Source: Tubulanus polymorphus | Taxonomy: Eukaryota; Animalia; Nemertea | Direction of reading: 5' to 3' | NCBI RefSeq assembly: GCF_964204645.1 | Contig: NW_027437433.1 | Span: forward strand, 62,001-126,000 | Length of the DNA stretch: 64,000 nt | Part shown: piece after piece, positions 1 through 10,700 of the stretch | Layout: each line of letters begins with the position of its first letter | Position numbering within the stretch: position 1 is the stretch's first letter | The notes under the pieces: model-generated | Told to the model about the DNA's origin: nothing | Databases searched by the model: none | Seen by the model: only the letters and a program-made list of their open reading frames with translations | Translations under genes and position numbers: made by a program

Positions 1-102
1 ATGAGTAAAGGCGTATTGAACTGATTTCAAATAGATAGGTGGAAAGAAACAGAATTTTCTGGCTGCTTTTGGTTCTAAAGATGATGGATTCAATCTGAAA
101 AG
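1..102 (+). repeat. Example monomer type A (head ATGAGTAAAGGCGT; GAAAC; TTCTAAAG)
   Basis: Three substitutions from the consensus, all in the head. Follows monomer D throughout the array. Confidence 0.92.
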
Positions 103-204
103 ATGGGTTAAGGCTTATTGAACTGATTTCAAATAGATAGGTGGAAAGAATCAGAATTTTCTGGCTGCATTTGGTTCTGAAGATGATAGACTCGATCCGA
201 AATG
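103..204 (+). repeat. Example monomer type B (GAATC, GCATTT, tail GATAGACTCGATCCGAAATG)
   Basis: About 8 substitutions from the consensus. Its diagnostic tail precedes every intact C monomer. Confidence 0.92.
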
Positions 205-306
205 ATAGGTTAAGGTAAACTGAACTTATTTCGAGTAGATGGGTTGAAAGATACAGATTTTTCTAGCTAAATATGGTTCTAAAGATGATGAATTCTATCT
301 TAATTG
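205..306 (+). repeat. Example monomer type C, the divergent HOR anchor (~122 copies); alleles C1 GAATTCTATCT and C2 GAATTATAACT
   Basis: About 22 of 102 positions differ from the consensus, with no indel. C1 and C2 positions are tracked by the ends of the 68-aa and 91-aa minus-strand ORFs respectively. Confidence 0.92.
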
Positions 307-408
307 ATGGGTTTGGGTGTATTGAACTGATATCAAATAGATAGGTGGAAAGAATAAGAATTTTCTGGCTGCTTTTGGTTCTGAAGATGATGGATTCAAT
401 CTGAAAAG
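307..408 (+). repeat. Example monomer type D (head ATGGGTTTGGGTGT; GATATC; GAATAAG)
   Basis: About 8 substitutions from the consensus. Always directly follows C. Confidence 0.92.
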
Positions 409-918
409 ATGAGTAAAGGCGTATTGAACTGATTTCAAATAGATAGGTGGAAAGAAACAGAATTTTCTGGCTGCTTTTAGTTCTAAAGATGATGGATTCA
501 ATCTGAAAAGATGGGTTAAGGCTTATTGAACTGATTTCAAATAGATAGGTGGAAAGAATCAGAATTTTCTGGCTGCATTTGGTTCTGAAGATGATAGACT
601 CGATCCGAAATGATAGGTTAAGGTAAACTGAACTTATTTCGAGTAGATGGGTTGAAAGATACAGATTTTTCTAGCTAAATATGGTTCTAAAGATGATGAA
701 TTATAACTTAATTGATGGGTTTGGGTGTATTGAACTGATATCAAATAGATAGGTGGAAAGAATAAGAATTTTCTGGCTGCTTTTGGTTCTGAAGATGATG
801 GATTCAATCTGAAAAGATGAGTAAAGGCGTATTGAACTGATTTCAAATAGATAGGTGGAAAGAATCAGAATTTTCTGGCTGCATTTGGTTCTGAAGATGA
901 TAGACTCGATCCGAAATG

Positions 919-1733
919 ATAGGTTAAGGTAAACTGAACTTATTTCGAGTAGATGGGGTGAAAGATACAGATTTTTCTAGCTAAATATGGTTCTAAAGAT
1001 GATGAATTCTATCTTAATTGATGGGTTTGGGTGTATTGAACTGATATCAAATAGATAGGTGGAAAGAATAAGAATTTTCTGGCTGCTTTTGGTTCTGAAG
1101 ATGATGGATTCAATCTGAAAAGATGAGTAAAGGCGTATTGAACTGATTTCAAATAGATAGGTGGAAAGAAACAGAATTTTCTGGCTGCTTTTGGTTCTAA
1201 AGATGATGGATTCAATCTGAAAAGATGGGTTAAGGCTTATTGAACTGATTTCAAATAGATAGGTGGAAAGAAACAGAATTTTCTGGCTGCTTTTGGTTCT
1301 AAAGATGATGGATTCAATCTGAAAAGATGGGTTAAGGCTTATTGAACTGATTTAAAATAGATAGGTGGAAAGAATCAGAATTTTCTGGCTGCTTTTGGTT
1401 CTGAAGATGATGGATTCAATCTGAAAAGATGGGTTAAGGCGTATTGAACTGATTTCAAATAGATAGGTGGAAAGAAACCGAATTTTCTTGCTGCTTTTGT
1501 TTCTAAAGATGATGGATCAATGTGAAAAGATGGGTTAAGGCGTATTGAACTGATTTCAAATAGATAGGTGGAAAGAAACAGAATTTTCTGGCTGCTTTTG
1601 GTTCTAAAGATGATGGATTCAATCTGAAAAGATGGGTTAAGGCTTATTGAACTGATTTCAAATAGAAAGGTGGAAAGAATCAGAATTTTCTGGCTGCATT
1701 TGGTCCTGAAGATGATAGACTCGATCCGAAATG
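919..1733 (+). repeat. 8-mer HOR unit, 815 bp (C-D-A-x-x-E-x-B), about 25 copies
   Basis: C-to-C spacing of 815 = 7x102+101 at 919, 2448, 7445, 9484, 13256, 14071 and onward to 62392. Confidence 0.92.
1429..1529 (+). repeat. Example monomer type E, 101 bp (AAACCGAA, TTTTGTTTCT, GGATCAATGTGAAAAG with a 1-bp deletion); 34 copies
   Basis: GGATCAATG replaces GGATTCAATC. It explains unit lengths of 815, 509, 917 and 916 bp. Two alleles: TTCTTGCT/AAAGATG (e.g. 1429) and TTCTGGCT/AAAGTTG (e.g. near 7955). Confidence 0.9.
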
Positions 1734-3262
1734 ATAGGTTAAGGTAAACTGAACTTATTTCGAGTAGATGGGTTGAAAGATACAGATTTTTCTAGCTAAA
1801 TATGGTTCTAAAGATGATGAATTCTATCTTAATTGATGGGTTTGGGTGTATTGAACTGATATCAAATAGATAGGTGGAAAGAATAAGAATTTTCTGGCTG
1901 CTTTTGGTTCTGAAGATGATGGATTCAATCTGAAAAGATGAGTAAAGGCGTATTGAACTGATTTCAAATAGATAGGTGGAAAGAAACAGAATTTTCTGGC
2001 TGCTTTTAGTTCTAAAGATGATGGATTCAATCTGAAAAGATGGGTTAAGGCTTATTGAACTGATTTCAAATAGATAGGTGGAAAGAATCAGAATTTTCTG
2101 GCTGCATTTGGTTCTGAAGATGATAGACTCGATCCGAAATGATAGGTTAAGGTAAACTGAACTTATTTCGAGTAGATGGGTTGAAAGATACAGATTTTTC
2201 TAGCTAAATATGGTTCTAAAGATGATGAATTATAACTTAATTGATGGGTTTGGGTGTATTGAACTGATATCAAATAGATAGGTGGAAAGAATAAGAATTT
2301 TCTGGCTGCTTTTGGTTCTGAAGATGATGGATTCAATCTGAAAAGATGAGTAAAGGCGTATTGAACTGATTTCAAATAGATAGGTGGAAAGAAACAGAAT
2401 TTTCTGGCTGCTTTTGGTTCTAAAGATGATGGATTCAATCTGAAAAGATGGGTTAAGGCTTATTGAACTGATTTCAAATAGATAGGTGGAAAGAATCAGA
2501 ATTTTCTAGCTAAATATGGTTCTAAAGATGATGAATTCTATCTTAATTGATGGGTTTGGGTGTATTGAACTGATATCAAATAGATAGGTGGAAAGAATAA
2601 GAATTTTCTGGCTGCTTTTGGTTCTGAAGATGATGGATTCAATCTGAAAAGATGAGTAAAGGCGTATTGAACTGATTTCAAATAGATAGGTGGAAAGAAA
2701 CAGAATTTTCTGGCTGCTTTTGGTTCTAAAGATGATGGATTCAATCTGAAAAGATGGGTTAAGGCTTATTGAACTGATTTCAAATAGATAGGTGGAAAGA
2801 AACAGAATTTTCTGGCTGCTTTTGGTTCTAAAGATGATGGATTCAATCTGAAAAGATGGGTTAAGGCTTATTGAACTGATTTAAAATAGATAGGTGGAAA
2901 GAATCAGAATTTTCTGGCTGCTTTTGGTTCTGAAGATGATGGATTCAATCTGAAAAGATGGGTTAAGGCGTATTGAACTGATTTCAAATAGATAGGTGGA
3001 AAGAAACCGAATTTTCTTGCTGCTTTTGTTTCTAAAGATGATGGATCAATGTGAAAAGATGGGTTAAGGCGTATTGAACTGATTTCAAATAGATAGGTGG
3101 AAAGAAACAGAATTTTCTGGCTGCTTTTGGTTCTAAAGATGATGGATTCAATCTGAAAAGATGGGTTAAGGCTTATTGAACTGATTTCAAATAGAAAGGT
3201 GGAAAGAATCAGAATTTTCTGGCTGCATTTGGTCCTGAAGATGATAGACTCGATCCGAAATG

Positions 3263-6200
3263 ATAGGTTAAGGTAAACTGAACTTATTTCGAGTAGATGG
3301 GTTGAAAGATACAGATTTTTCTAGCTAAATATGGTTCTAAAGATGATGAATTATAACTCAATTGATGGGTTTGGGTGTATTGAACTGATATCAAATAGAT
3401 AGGTGGAAAGAATAAGAATTTTCTGGCTGCTTTTGGTTCTGAAGATGATGGATTCAATCTGAAAAGATGAGTAAAGGCGTATTGAACTGATTTCAAATAG
3501 ATAGGTGGAAAGAAACATAATTTTCTGGCTGCTTTTGGTTCTAAAGATGATGGATTCAATCTGAAAAGATGGGTTAAGGCTTATTGAACTGATTTCAAAT
3601 AGATAGGTGGAAAGAATCAGAATTTTCTGGCTGCATTTGGTTCTGAAGATGATAGACTCGATCCGAAATGATAGGTTAAGGTAAACTGAACTTATTTCGA
3701 GTAGATGGGTTGAAAGATACAGATTTTTCTAGCTAAATATGGTTCTAAAGATGATGAATTCTATCTTAATTGATGGGTTTGGGTGTATTGAACTGATATC
3801 AAATAGATAGGTGGAAAGAATAAGAATTTTCTGGCTGCTTTTGGTTCTGAAGATGATGGATTCAATCTGAAAAGATGAGTAAAGGCGTATTGAACTGATT
3901 TCAAATAGATAGGTGGAAAGAAACAGAATTTTCTGGCTGCTTTTGGTTCTAAAGATGATGGATTCAATCTGAAAAGATGGGTTAAGGCTTATTGAACTGA
4001 TTTCAAATAGAAAGGTGGAAAGAATCAGAATTTTCTGGCTGCATTTGGTCCTGAAGATGATAGACTCGATCCGAAATGATAGGTTAAGGTAAACTGAACT
4101 TATTTCGAGTAGATGGGTTGAAAGATACAGATTTTTCTAGCTAAATATGGTTCTAAAGATGATGAATTATAACTCAATTGATGGGTTTGGGTGTATTGAA
4201 CTGATATCAAATAGATAGGTGGAAAGAATAAGAATTTTCTGGCTGCTTTTGGTTCTGAAGATGATGGATTCAATCTGAAACGATGAGTAAAGGCGTATTG
4301 AACTGATTTCAAATAGATAGGTGGAAAGAAACAGAATTTTCTGGCTGCTTTTGGTTCTAAAGATGATGGATTCAATCTGAAAAGATGGGTTAAGGCTTAT
4401 TGAACTGATTTCAAATAGATAGGTGGAAAGAATCAGAATTTTCTGGCTGCATTTGGTTCTGAAGATGATAGACTCGATCCGAAATGATAGGTTAAGGTAA
4501 ACTGAACTTATTTCGAGTAGATGGGTTGAAAGATACAGATTTTTCTAGCTAAATATGGTTCTAAAGATGATGAATTCTATCTTAATTGATGGGTTTGGGT
4601 GTATTGAACTGATATCAAATAGATAGGTGGAAAGAATAAGAATTTTCTGGCTGCTTTTGGTTCTGAAGATGATGGATTCAATCTGAAAAGATGAGTAAAG
4701 GCGTATTGAACTGATTTCAAATAGATAGGTGGAAAGAAACAGAATTTTCTGGCTGCTTTTAGTTCTAAAGATGATGGATTCAATCTGAAAAGATGGGTTA
4801 AGGCTTATTGAACTGATTTCAAATAGATAGGTGGAAAGAATCAGAATTTTCTGGCTGCATTTGGTTCTGAAGATGATAGACTCGATCCGAAATGATAGGT
4901 TAAGGTAAACTGAACTTATTTCGAGTAGATGGGTTGAAAGATACAGATTTTTCTAGCTAAATATGGTTCTAAAGATGATGAATTCTATCTTAATTGATGG
5001 GTTTGGGTGTATTGAACTGATATCAAATAGATAGGTGGAAAGAATAAGAATTTTCTGGCTGCTTTTGGTTCTGAAGATGATGGATTCAATCTGAAAAGAT
5101 GAGTAAAGGCGTATTGAACTGATTTCAAATAGATAGGTGGAAAGAAACAGAATTTTCTGGCTGCTTTTGGTTCTAAAGATGATGGATTCAATCTGAAAAG
5201 ATGGGTTAAGGCTTATTGAACTGATTTCAAATATATAGGTGGAAAGAAACGGAATTTTCTGGCTGCTTTTGGTTCTAAAGATGATGGATTCAATCTGAAA
5301 AGATGGGTTAAGGCTTATTGAACTGATTTAAAATAGATAGGTGGAAAGAAACAGAATTTTCTGGCTGCTTTTGGTTCTAGAGATGATGGATTCAATCTGA
5401 AAAGATGGGTTAAGGCTTATTGAACTGATTTCAAATATATAGGTGGAAAGAAACAGAATTTTCTGGCTGCTTTTGGTTCTAAAGATGATGGATTCAATCT
5501 GAAAAGATGGGTTAAGGCTTATTGAACTGATTTAAAATAGATAGGTGGAAAGAATCAGAATTTTCTGGCTGCTTTTGGTTCTGAAGATGATGGATTCAAT
5601 CTGAAAAGATGGGTTAAGGCGTATTGAACTGATTTCAAATAGATAGGTGGAAAGAAACAGAATTTTCTGGCTGCTTTTGGTTCTAAAGATGATGGATTCA
5701 ATCTGAAAAGATGGGTTAAGGCTTATTGAACTGATTTCAAATAGAAAGGTGGAAAGAATCAGAATTTTCTGGCTGCATTTGGTCCTGAAGATGATAGACT
5801 CGATCCGAAATGATAGGTTAAGGTAAACTGAACTTATTTCGAGTAGATGGGTTGAAAGATACAGATTTTTCTAGCTAAATATGGTTCTAAAGATGATGAA
5901 TTATAACTCAATTGATGGGTTTGGGTGTATTGAACTGATATCAAATAGATAGGTGGAAAGAATAAGAATTTTCTGGCTGCTTTTGGTTCTGAAGATGATG
6001 GATTCAATCTGAAAAGATGAGTAAAGGCGTATTGAACTGATTTCAAATAGATAGGTGGAAAGAAACAGAATTTTCTGGCTGCTTTTGGTTCTAAAGATGA
6101 TGGATTCAATCTGAAAAGATGGGTTAAGGCTTATTGAACTGATTTCAAATAGATAGGTGGAAAGAATCAGAATTTTCTGGCTGCATTTGGTTCTGAAGAT

Positions 6201-7750
6201 GATAGACTCGATCCGAAATGATAGGTTAAGGTAAACTGAACTTATTTCGAGTAGATGGGTTGAAAGATACAGATTTTTCTAGCTAAATATGGTTCTAAAG
6301 ATGATGAATTCTATCTTAATTGATGGGTTTGGGTGTATTGAACTGATATCAAATAGATAGGTGGAAAGAATAAGAATTTTCTGGCTGCTTTTGGTTCTGA
6401 AGATGATGGATTCAATCTGAAAAGATGAGTAAAGGCGTATTGAACTGATTTCAAATAGATAGGTGGAAAGAAACAGAATTTTCTGGCTGCTTTTGGTTCT
6501 AAAGATGATGGATTCAATCTGAAAAGATGGGTTAAGGCTTATTGAACTGATTTCAAATAGAAAGGTGGAAAGAATCAGAATTTTCTGGCTGCATTTGGTC
6601 CTGAAGATGATAGACTCGATCCGAAATGATAGGTTAAGGTAAACTGAACTTATTTCGAGTAGATGGGTTGAAAGATACAGATTTTTCTAGCTAAATATGG
6701 TTCTAAAGATGATGAATTATAACTCAATTGATGGGTTTGGGTGTATTGAACTGATATCAAATAGATAGGTGGAAAGAATAAGAATTTTCTGGCTGCTTTT
6801 GGTTCTGAAGATGATGGATTCAATCTGAAACGATGAGTAAAGGCGTATTGAACTGATTTCAAATAGATAGGTGGAAAGAAACAGAATTTTCTGGCTGCTT
6901 TTGGTTCTAAAGATGATGGATTCAATCTGAAAAGATGGGTTAAGGCTTATTGAACTGATTTCAAATAGATAGGTGGAAAGAATCAGAATTTTCTGGCTGC
7001 ATTTGGTTCTGAAGATGATAGACTCGATCCGAAATGATAGGTTAAGGTAAACTGAACTTATTTCGAGTAGATGGGTTGAAAGATACAGATTTTTCTAGCT
7101 AAATATGGTTCTAAAGATGATGAATTCTATCTTAATTGATGGGTTTGGGTGTATTGAACTGATATCAAATAGATAGGTGGAAAGAATAAGAATTTTCTGG
7201 CTGCTTTTGGTTCTGAAGATGATGGATTCAATCTGAAAAGATGAGTAAAGGCGTATTGAACTGATTTCAAATAGATAGGTGGAAAGAAACAGAATTTTCT
7301 GGCTGCTTTTAGTTCTAAAGATGATGGATTCAATCTGGAAAGATGGGTTAAGGCTTATTGAACTGATTTCAAATAGATAGGTGGAAAGAATCAGAATTTT
7401 CTGGCTGCATTTGGTTCTGAAGATGATAGACTCGATCCGAAATGATAGGTTAAGGTAAACTGAACTTATTTCGAGTAGATGGGTTGAAAGATACAGATTT
7501 TTCTAGCTAAATATGGTTCTAAAGATGATGAATTCTATCTTAATTGATGGGTTTGGGTGTATTGAACTGATATCAAATAGATAGGTGGAAAGAATAAGAA
7601 TTTTCTGGCTGCTTTTGGTTCTGAAGATGATGGATTCAATCTGAAAAGATGAGTAAAGGCGTATTGAACTGATTTCAAATAGATAGGTGGAAAGAAACAG
7701 AATTTTCTGGCTGCTTTTGGTTCTAAAGATGATGGATTCAATCTGAAAAG
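3263..7750 (+). repeat. Tandem block duplication, period 2550 bp (25 monomers)
   Basis: ORF-track offsets 3284/5834, 3761/6311, 4100/6650 (GAAACG allele), 4577/7127 (TTTTAGTT allele) and 4985/7535. Confidence 0.85.
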
Positions 7751-10700
7751 ATGGGTTAAGGCTTATTGAACTGATTTCAAATATATAGGTGGAAAGAAAC
7801 AGAATTTTCTGGCTGCTTTTGGTTCTAAAGATGATGGATTCAATCTGAAAAGATGGGTTAAGGCTTATTGAACTGATTTAAAATAGATAGGTGGAAAGAA
7901 TCAGAATTTTCTGGCTGCTTTTGGTTCTGAAGATGATGGATTCAATCTGAAAAGATGGGTTAAGGCGTATTGAACTGATTTCAAATAGATAGGTGGAAAG
8001 AAACCGAATTTTCTGGCTGCTTTTGTTTCTAAAGTTGATGGATCAATGTGAAAAGATGGGTTAAGGCGTATTGAACTGATTTCAAATAGATAGGTGGAAA
8101 GAAACAGAATTTTCTGGCTGCTTTTGGTTCTAAAGATGATGGATTCAATCTGAAAAGATGGGTTAAGGCTTATTGAACTGATTTCAAATAGAAAGGTGGA
8201 AAGAATCAGAATTTTCTGGCTGCATTTGGTCCTGAAGATGATAGACTCGATCCGAAATGATAGGTTAAGGTAAACTGAACTTATTTCGAGTAGATGGGTT
8301 GAAAGATACAGATTTTTCTAGCTAAATATGGTTCTAAAGATGATGAATTATAACTCAATTGATGGGTTTGGGTGTATTGAACTGATATCAAATAGATAGG
8401 TGGAAAGAATAAGAATTTTCTGGCTGCTTTTGGTTCTGAAGATGATGGATTCAATCTGAAAAGATGAGTAAAGGCGTATTGAACTGATTTCAAATAGATA
8501 GGTGGAAAGAAACAGAATTTTCTGGCTGCTTTTGGTTCTAAAGATGATGGATTCAATCTGAAAAGATGGGTTAAGGCTTATTGAACTGATTTAAAATAGA
8601 TAGGTGGAAAGAATCAGAATTTTCTGGCTGCATTTGGTTCTGAAGATGATAGACTCGATCCGAAATGATAGGTTAAGGTAAACTGAACTTATTTCGAGTA
8701 GATGGGTTGAAAGATACAGATTTTTCTAGCTAAATATGGTTCTAAAGATGATGAATTCTATCTTAATTGATGGGTTTGGGTGTATTGAACTGATATCAAA
8801 TAGATAGGTGGAAAGAATAAGAATTTTCTGGCTGCTTTTGGTTCTGAAGATGATGGATTCAATCTGAAAAGATGAGTAAAGGCGTATTGAACTGATTTCA
8901 AATAGATAGGTGGAAAGAAACAGAATTTTCTGGCTGCTTTTGGTTCTAAAGATGATGGATTCAATCTGAAAAGATGGGTTAAGGCTTATTGAACTGATTT
9001 CAAATAGATAGGTGGAAAGAATCAGAATTTTCTGGCTGCATTTGGTTCTGAAGATGATAGACTCGATCCGAAATGATAGGTTAAGGTAAACTGAACTTAT
9101 TTCGAGTAGATGGGTTGAAAGATACAGATTTTTCTAGCTAAATATGGTTCTAAAGATGATGAATTATAACTTAATTGATGGGTTTGGGTGTATTGAACTG
9201 ATATCAAATAGATAGGTGGAAAGAAACCGAATTTTCTGGCTGCTTTTGGTTCTGAAGATGATGGATTCAATCTGAAAAGATGAGTAAAGGCGTATTGAAC
9301 TGATTTCAAATAGATAGGTGGAAAGAAACAGAATTTTCTGGCTGCTTTTGGTTCTAAAGATGATGGATTCAATCTGAAAAGATGAGTAAAGGCGTATTGA
9401 ACTGATTTAAAATAGATAGGTGGAAAGAATCAGAATTTTCTGGCTGCATTTGGTTCTGAAGATGATAGACTCGATCCGAAATGATAGGTTAAGGTAAACT
9501 GAACTTATTTCGAGTAGATGGGGTGAAAGATACAGATTTTTCTAGCTAAATATGGTTCTAAAGATGATGAATTCTATCTTAATTGATGGGTTTGGGTGTA
9601 TTGAACTGATATCAAATAGATAGGTGGAAAGAATAAGAATTTTCTGGCTGCTTTTGGTTCTGAAGATGATGGATTCAATCTGAAAAGATGAGTAAAGGCG
9701 TATTGAACTGATTTCAAATAGATAGGTGGAAAGAAACAGAATTTTCTGGCTGCTTTTGGTTCTAAAGATGATGGATTCAATCTGAAAAGATGGGTTAAGG
9801 CTTATTGAACTGATTTCAAATAGATAGGTGGAAAGAAACAGAATTTTCTGGCTGCTTTTTGTTCTAAAGATGATGGATTCAATCTGAAAAGATGGGTTAA
9901 GGCTTATTGAACTGATTTAAAATAGATAGGTGGAAAGAATCAGAATTTTCTGGCTGCTTTTGGTTCTGAAGATGATGGATTCAATCTGAAAAGATGGGTT
10001 AAGGCGTATTGAACTGATTTCAAATAGATAGGTGGAAAGAAACCGAATTTTCTTGCTGCTTTTGTTTCTAAAGATGATGGATCAATGTGAAAAGATGGGT
10101 TAAGGCGTATTGAACTGATTTCAAATAGATAGGTGGAAAGAAACAGAATTTTCTGGCTGCTTTTGGTTCTAAAGATGATGGATTCAATCTGAAAAGATGG
10201 GTTAAGGCTTATTGAACTGATTTAAAATAGATAGGTGGAAAGAATCAGAATTTTCTGGCTGCATTTGGTTCTGAAGATGATAGACTCGATCCGAAATGAT
10301 AGGTTAAGGTAAACTGAACTTATTTCGAGTAGATGGGTTGAAAGATACAGATTTTTCTAGCTAAATATGGTTCTAAAGATGATGAATTATAACTCAATTG
10401 ATGGGTTTGGGTGTATTGAACTGATATCAAATAGATAGGTGGAAAGAATAAGAATTTTCTGGCTGCTTTTGGTTCTGAAGATGATGGATTCAATCTGAAA
10501 AGATGAGTAAAGGCGTATTGAACTGATTTCAAATAGATAGGTGGAAAGAAACAGAATTTTCTGGCTGCTTTTGGTTCTAAAGATGATGGATTCAATCTGA
10601 AAAGATGGGTTAAGGCTTATTGAACTGATTTCAAATAGATAGGTGGAAAGAATCAGAATTTTCTGGCTGCATTTGGTTCTGAAGATGATAGACTCGATCC

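Larger units (their letters stand above)
205..612 (+). repeat. Basic 4-mer HOR unit C-D-A-B, 408 bp (most frequent unit)
   Basis: C-to-C spacing of 408 bp dominates, e.g. 3263, 3671, 4079, 4487, 4895. Confidence 0.95.

Noticed and set aside
1-102. Internal 34- or 51-bp sub-repeat within the monomer
   Set aside because: AGAT(G/A)-GG-like motifs recur at uneven spacings (about 22, 34 and 46 bp), and the halves or thirds do not align convincingly.
2-103. TALE- or TPR-like 34-aa repeat (frame +2 contains IGGK, as in TALE NIGGKQ)
   Set aside because: The match is four residues only. There are in-frame stops in every monomer, no LTPxQVVAIAS or ALETVQRLL, no hypervariable di-residue, no TPR consensus, and the DNA is AT-rich with recurrent frameshifts.
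103-320. Telomere-like or G-quadruplex motifs (GGGTTAAGG, GGGTTTGGG)
   Set aside because: These are single imperfect occurrences per monomer, not tandem hexamers. At most two adjacent GGG tracts, too few for a canonical G4.
1-408. Tandem 5S rRNA, tRNA, snRNA or SL-RNA gene array
   Set aside because: I recognise no 5S, tRNA cloverleaf, Pol III box A/B or Sm-site organisation, and there is no gene-plus-spacer structure. An Rfam/Infernal search would settle this.
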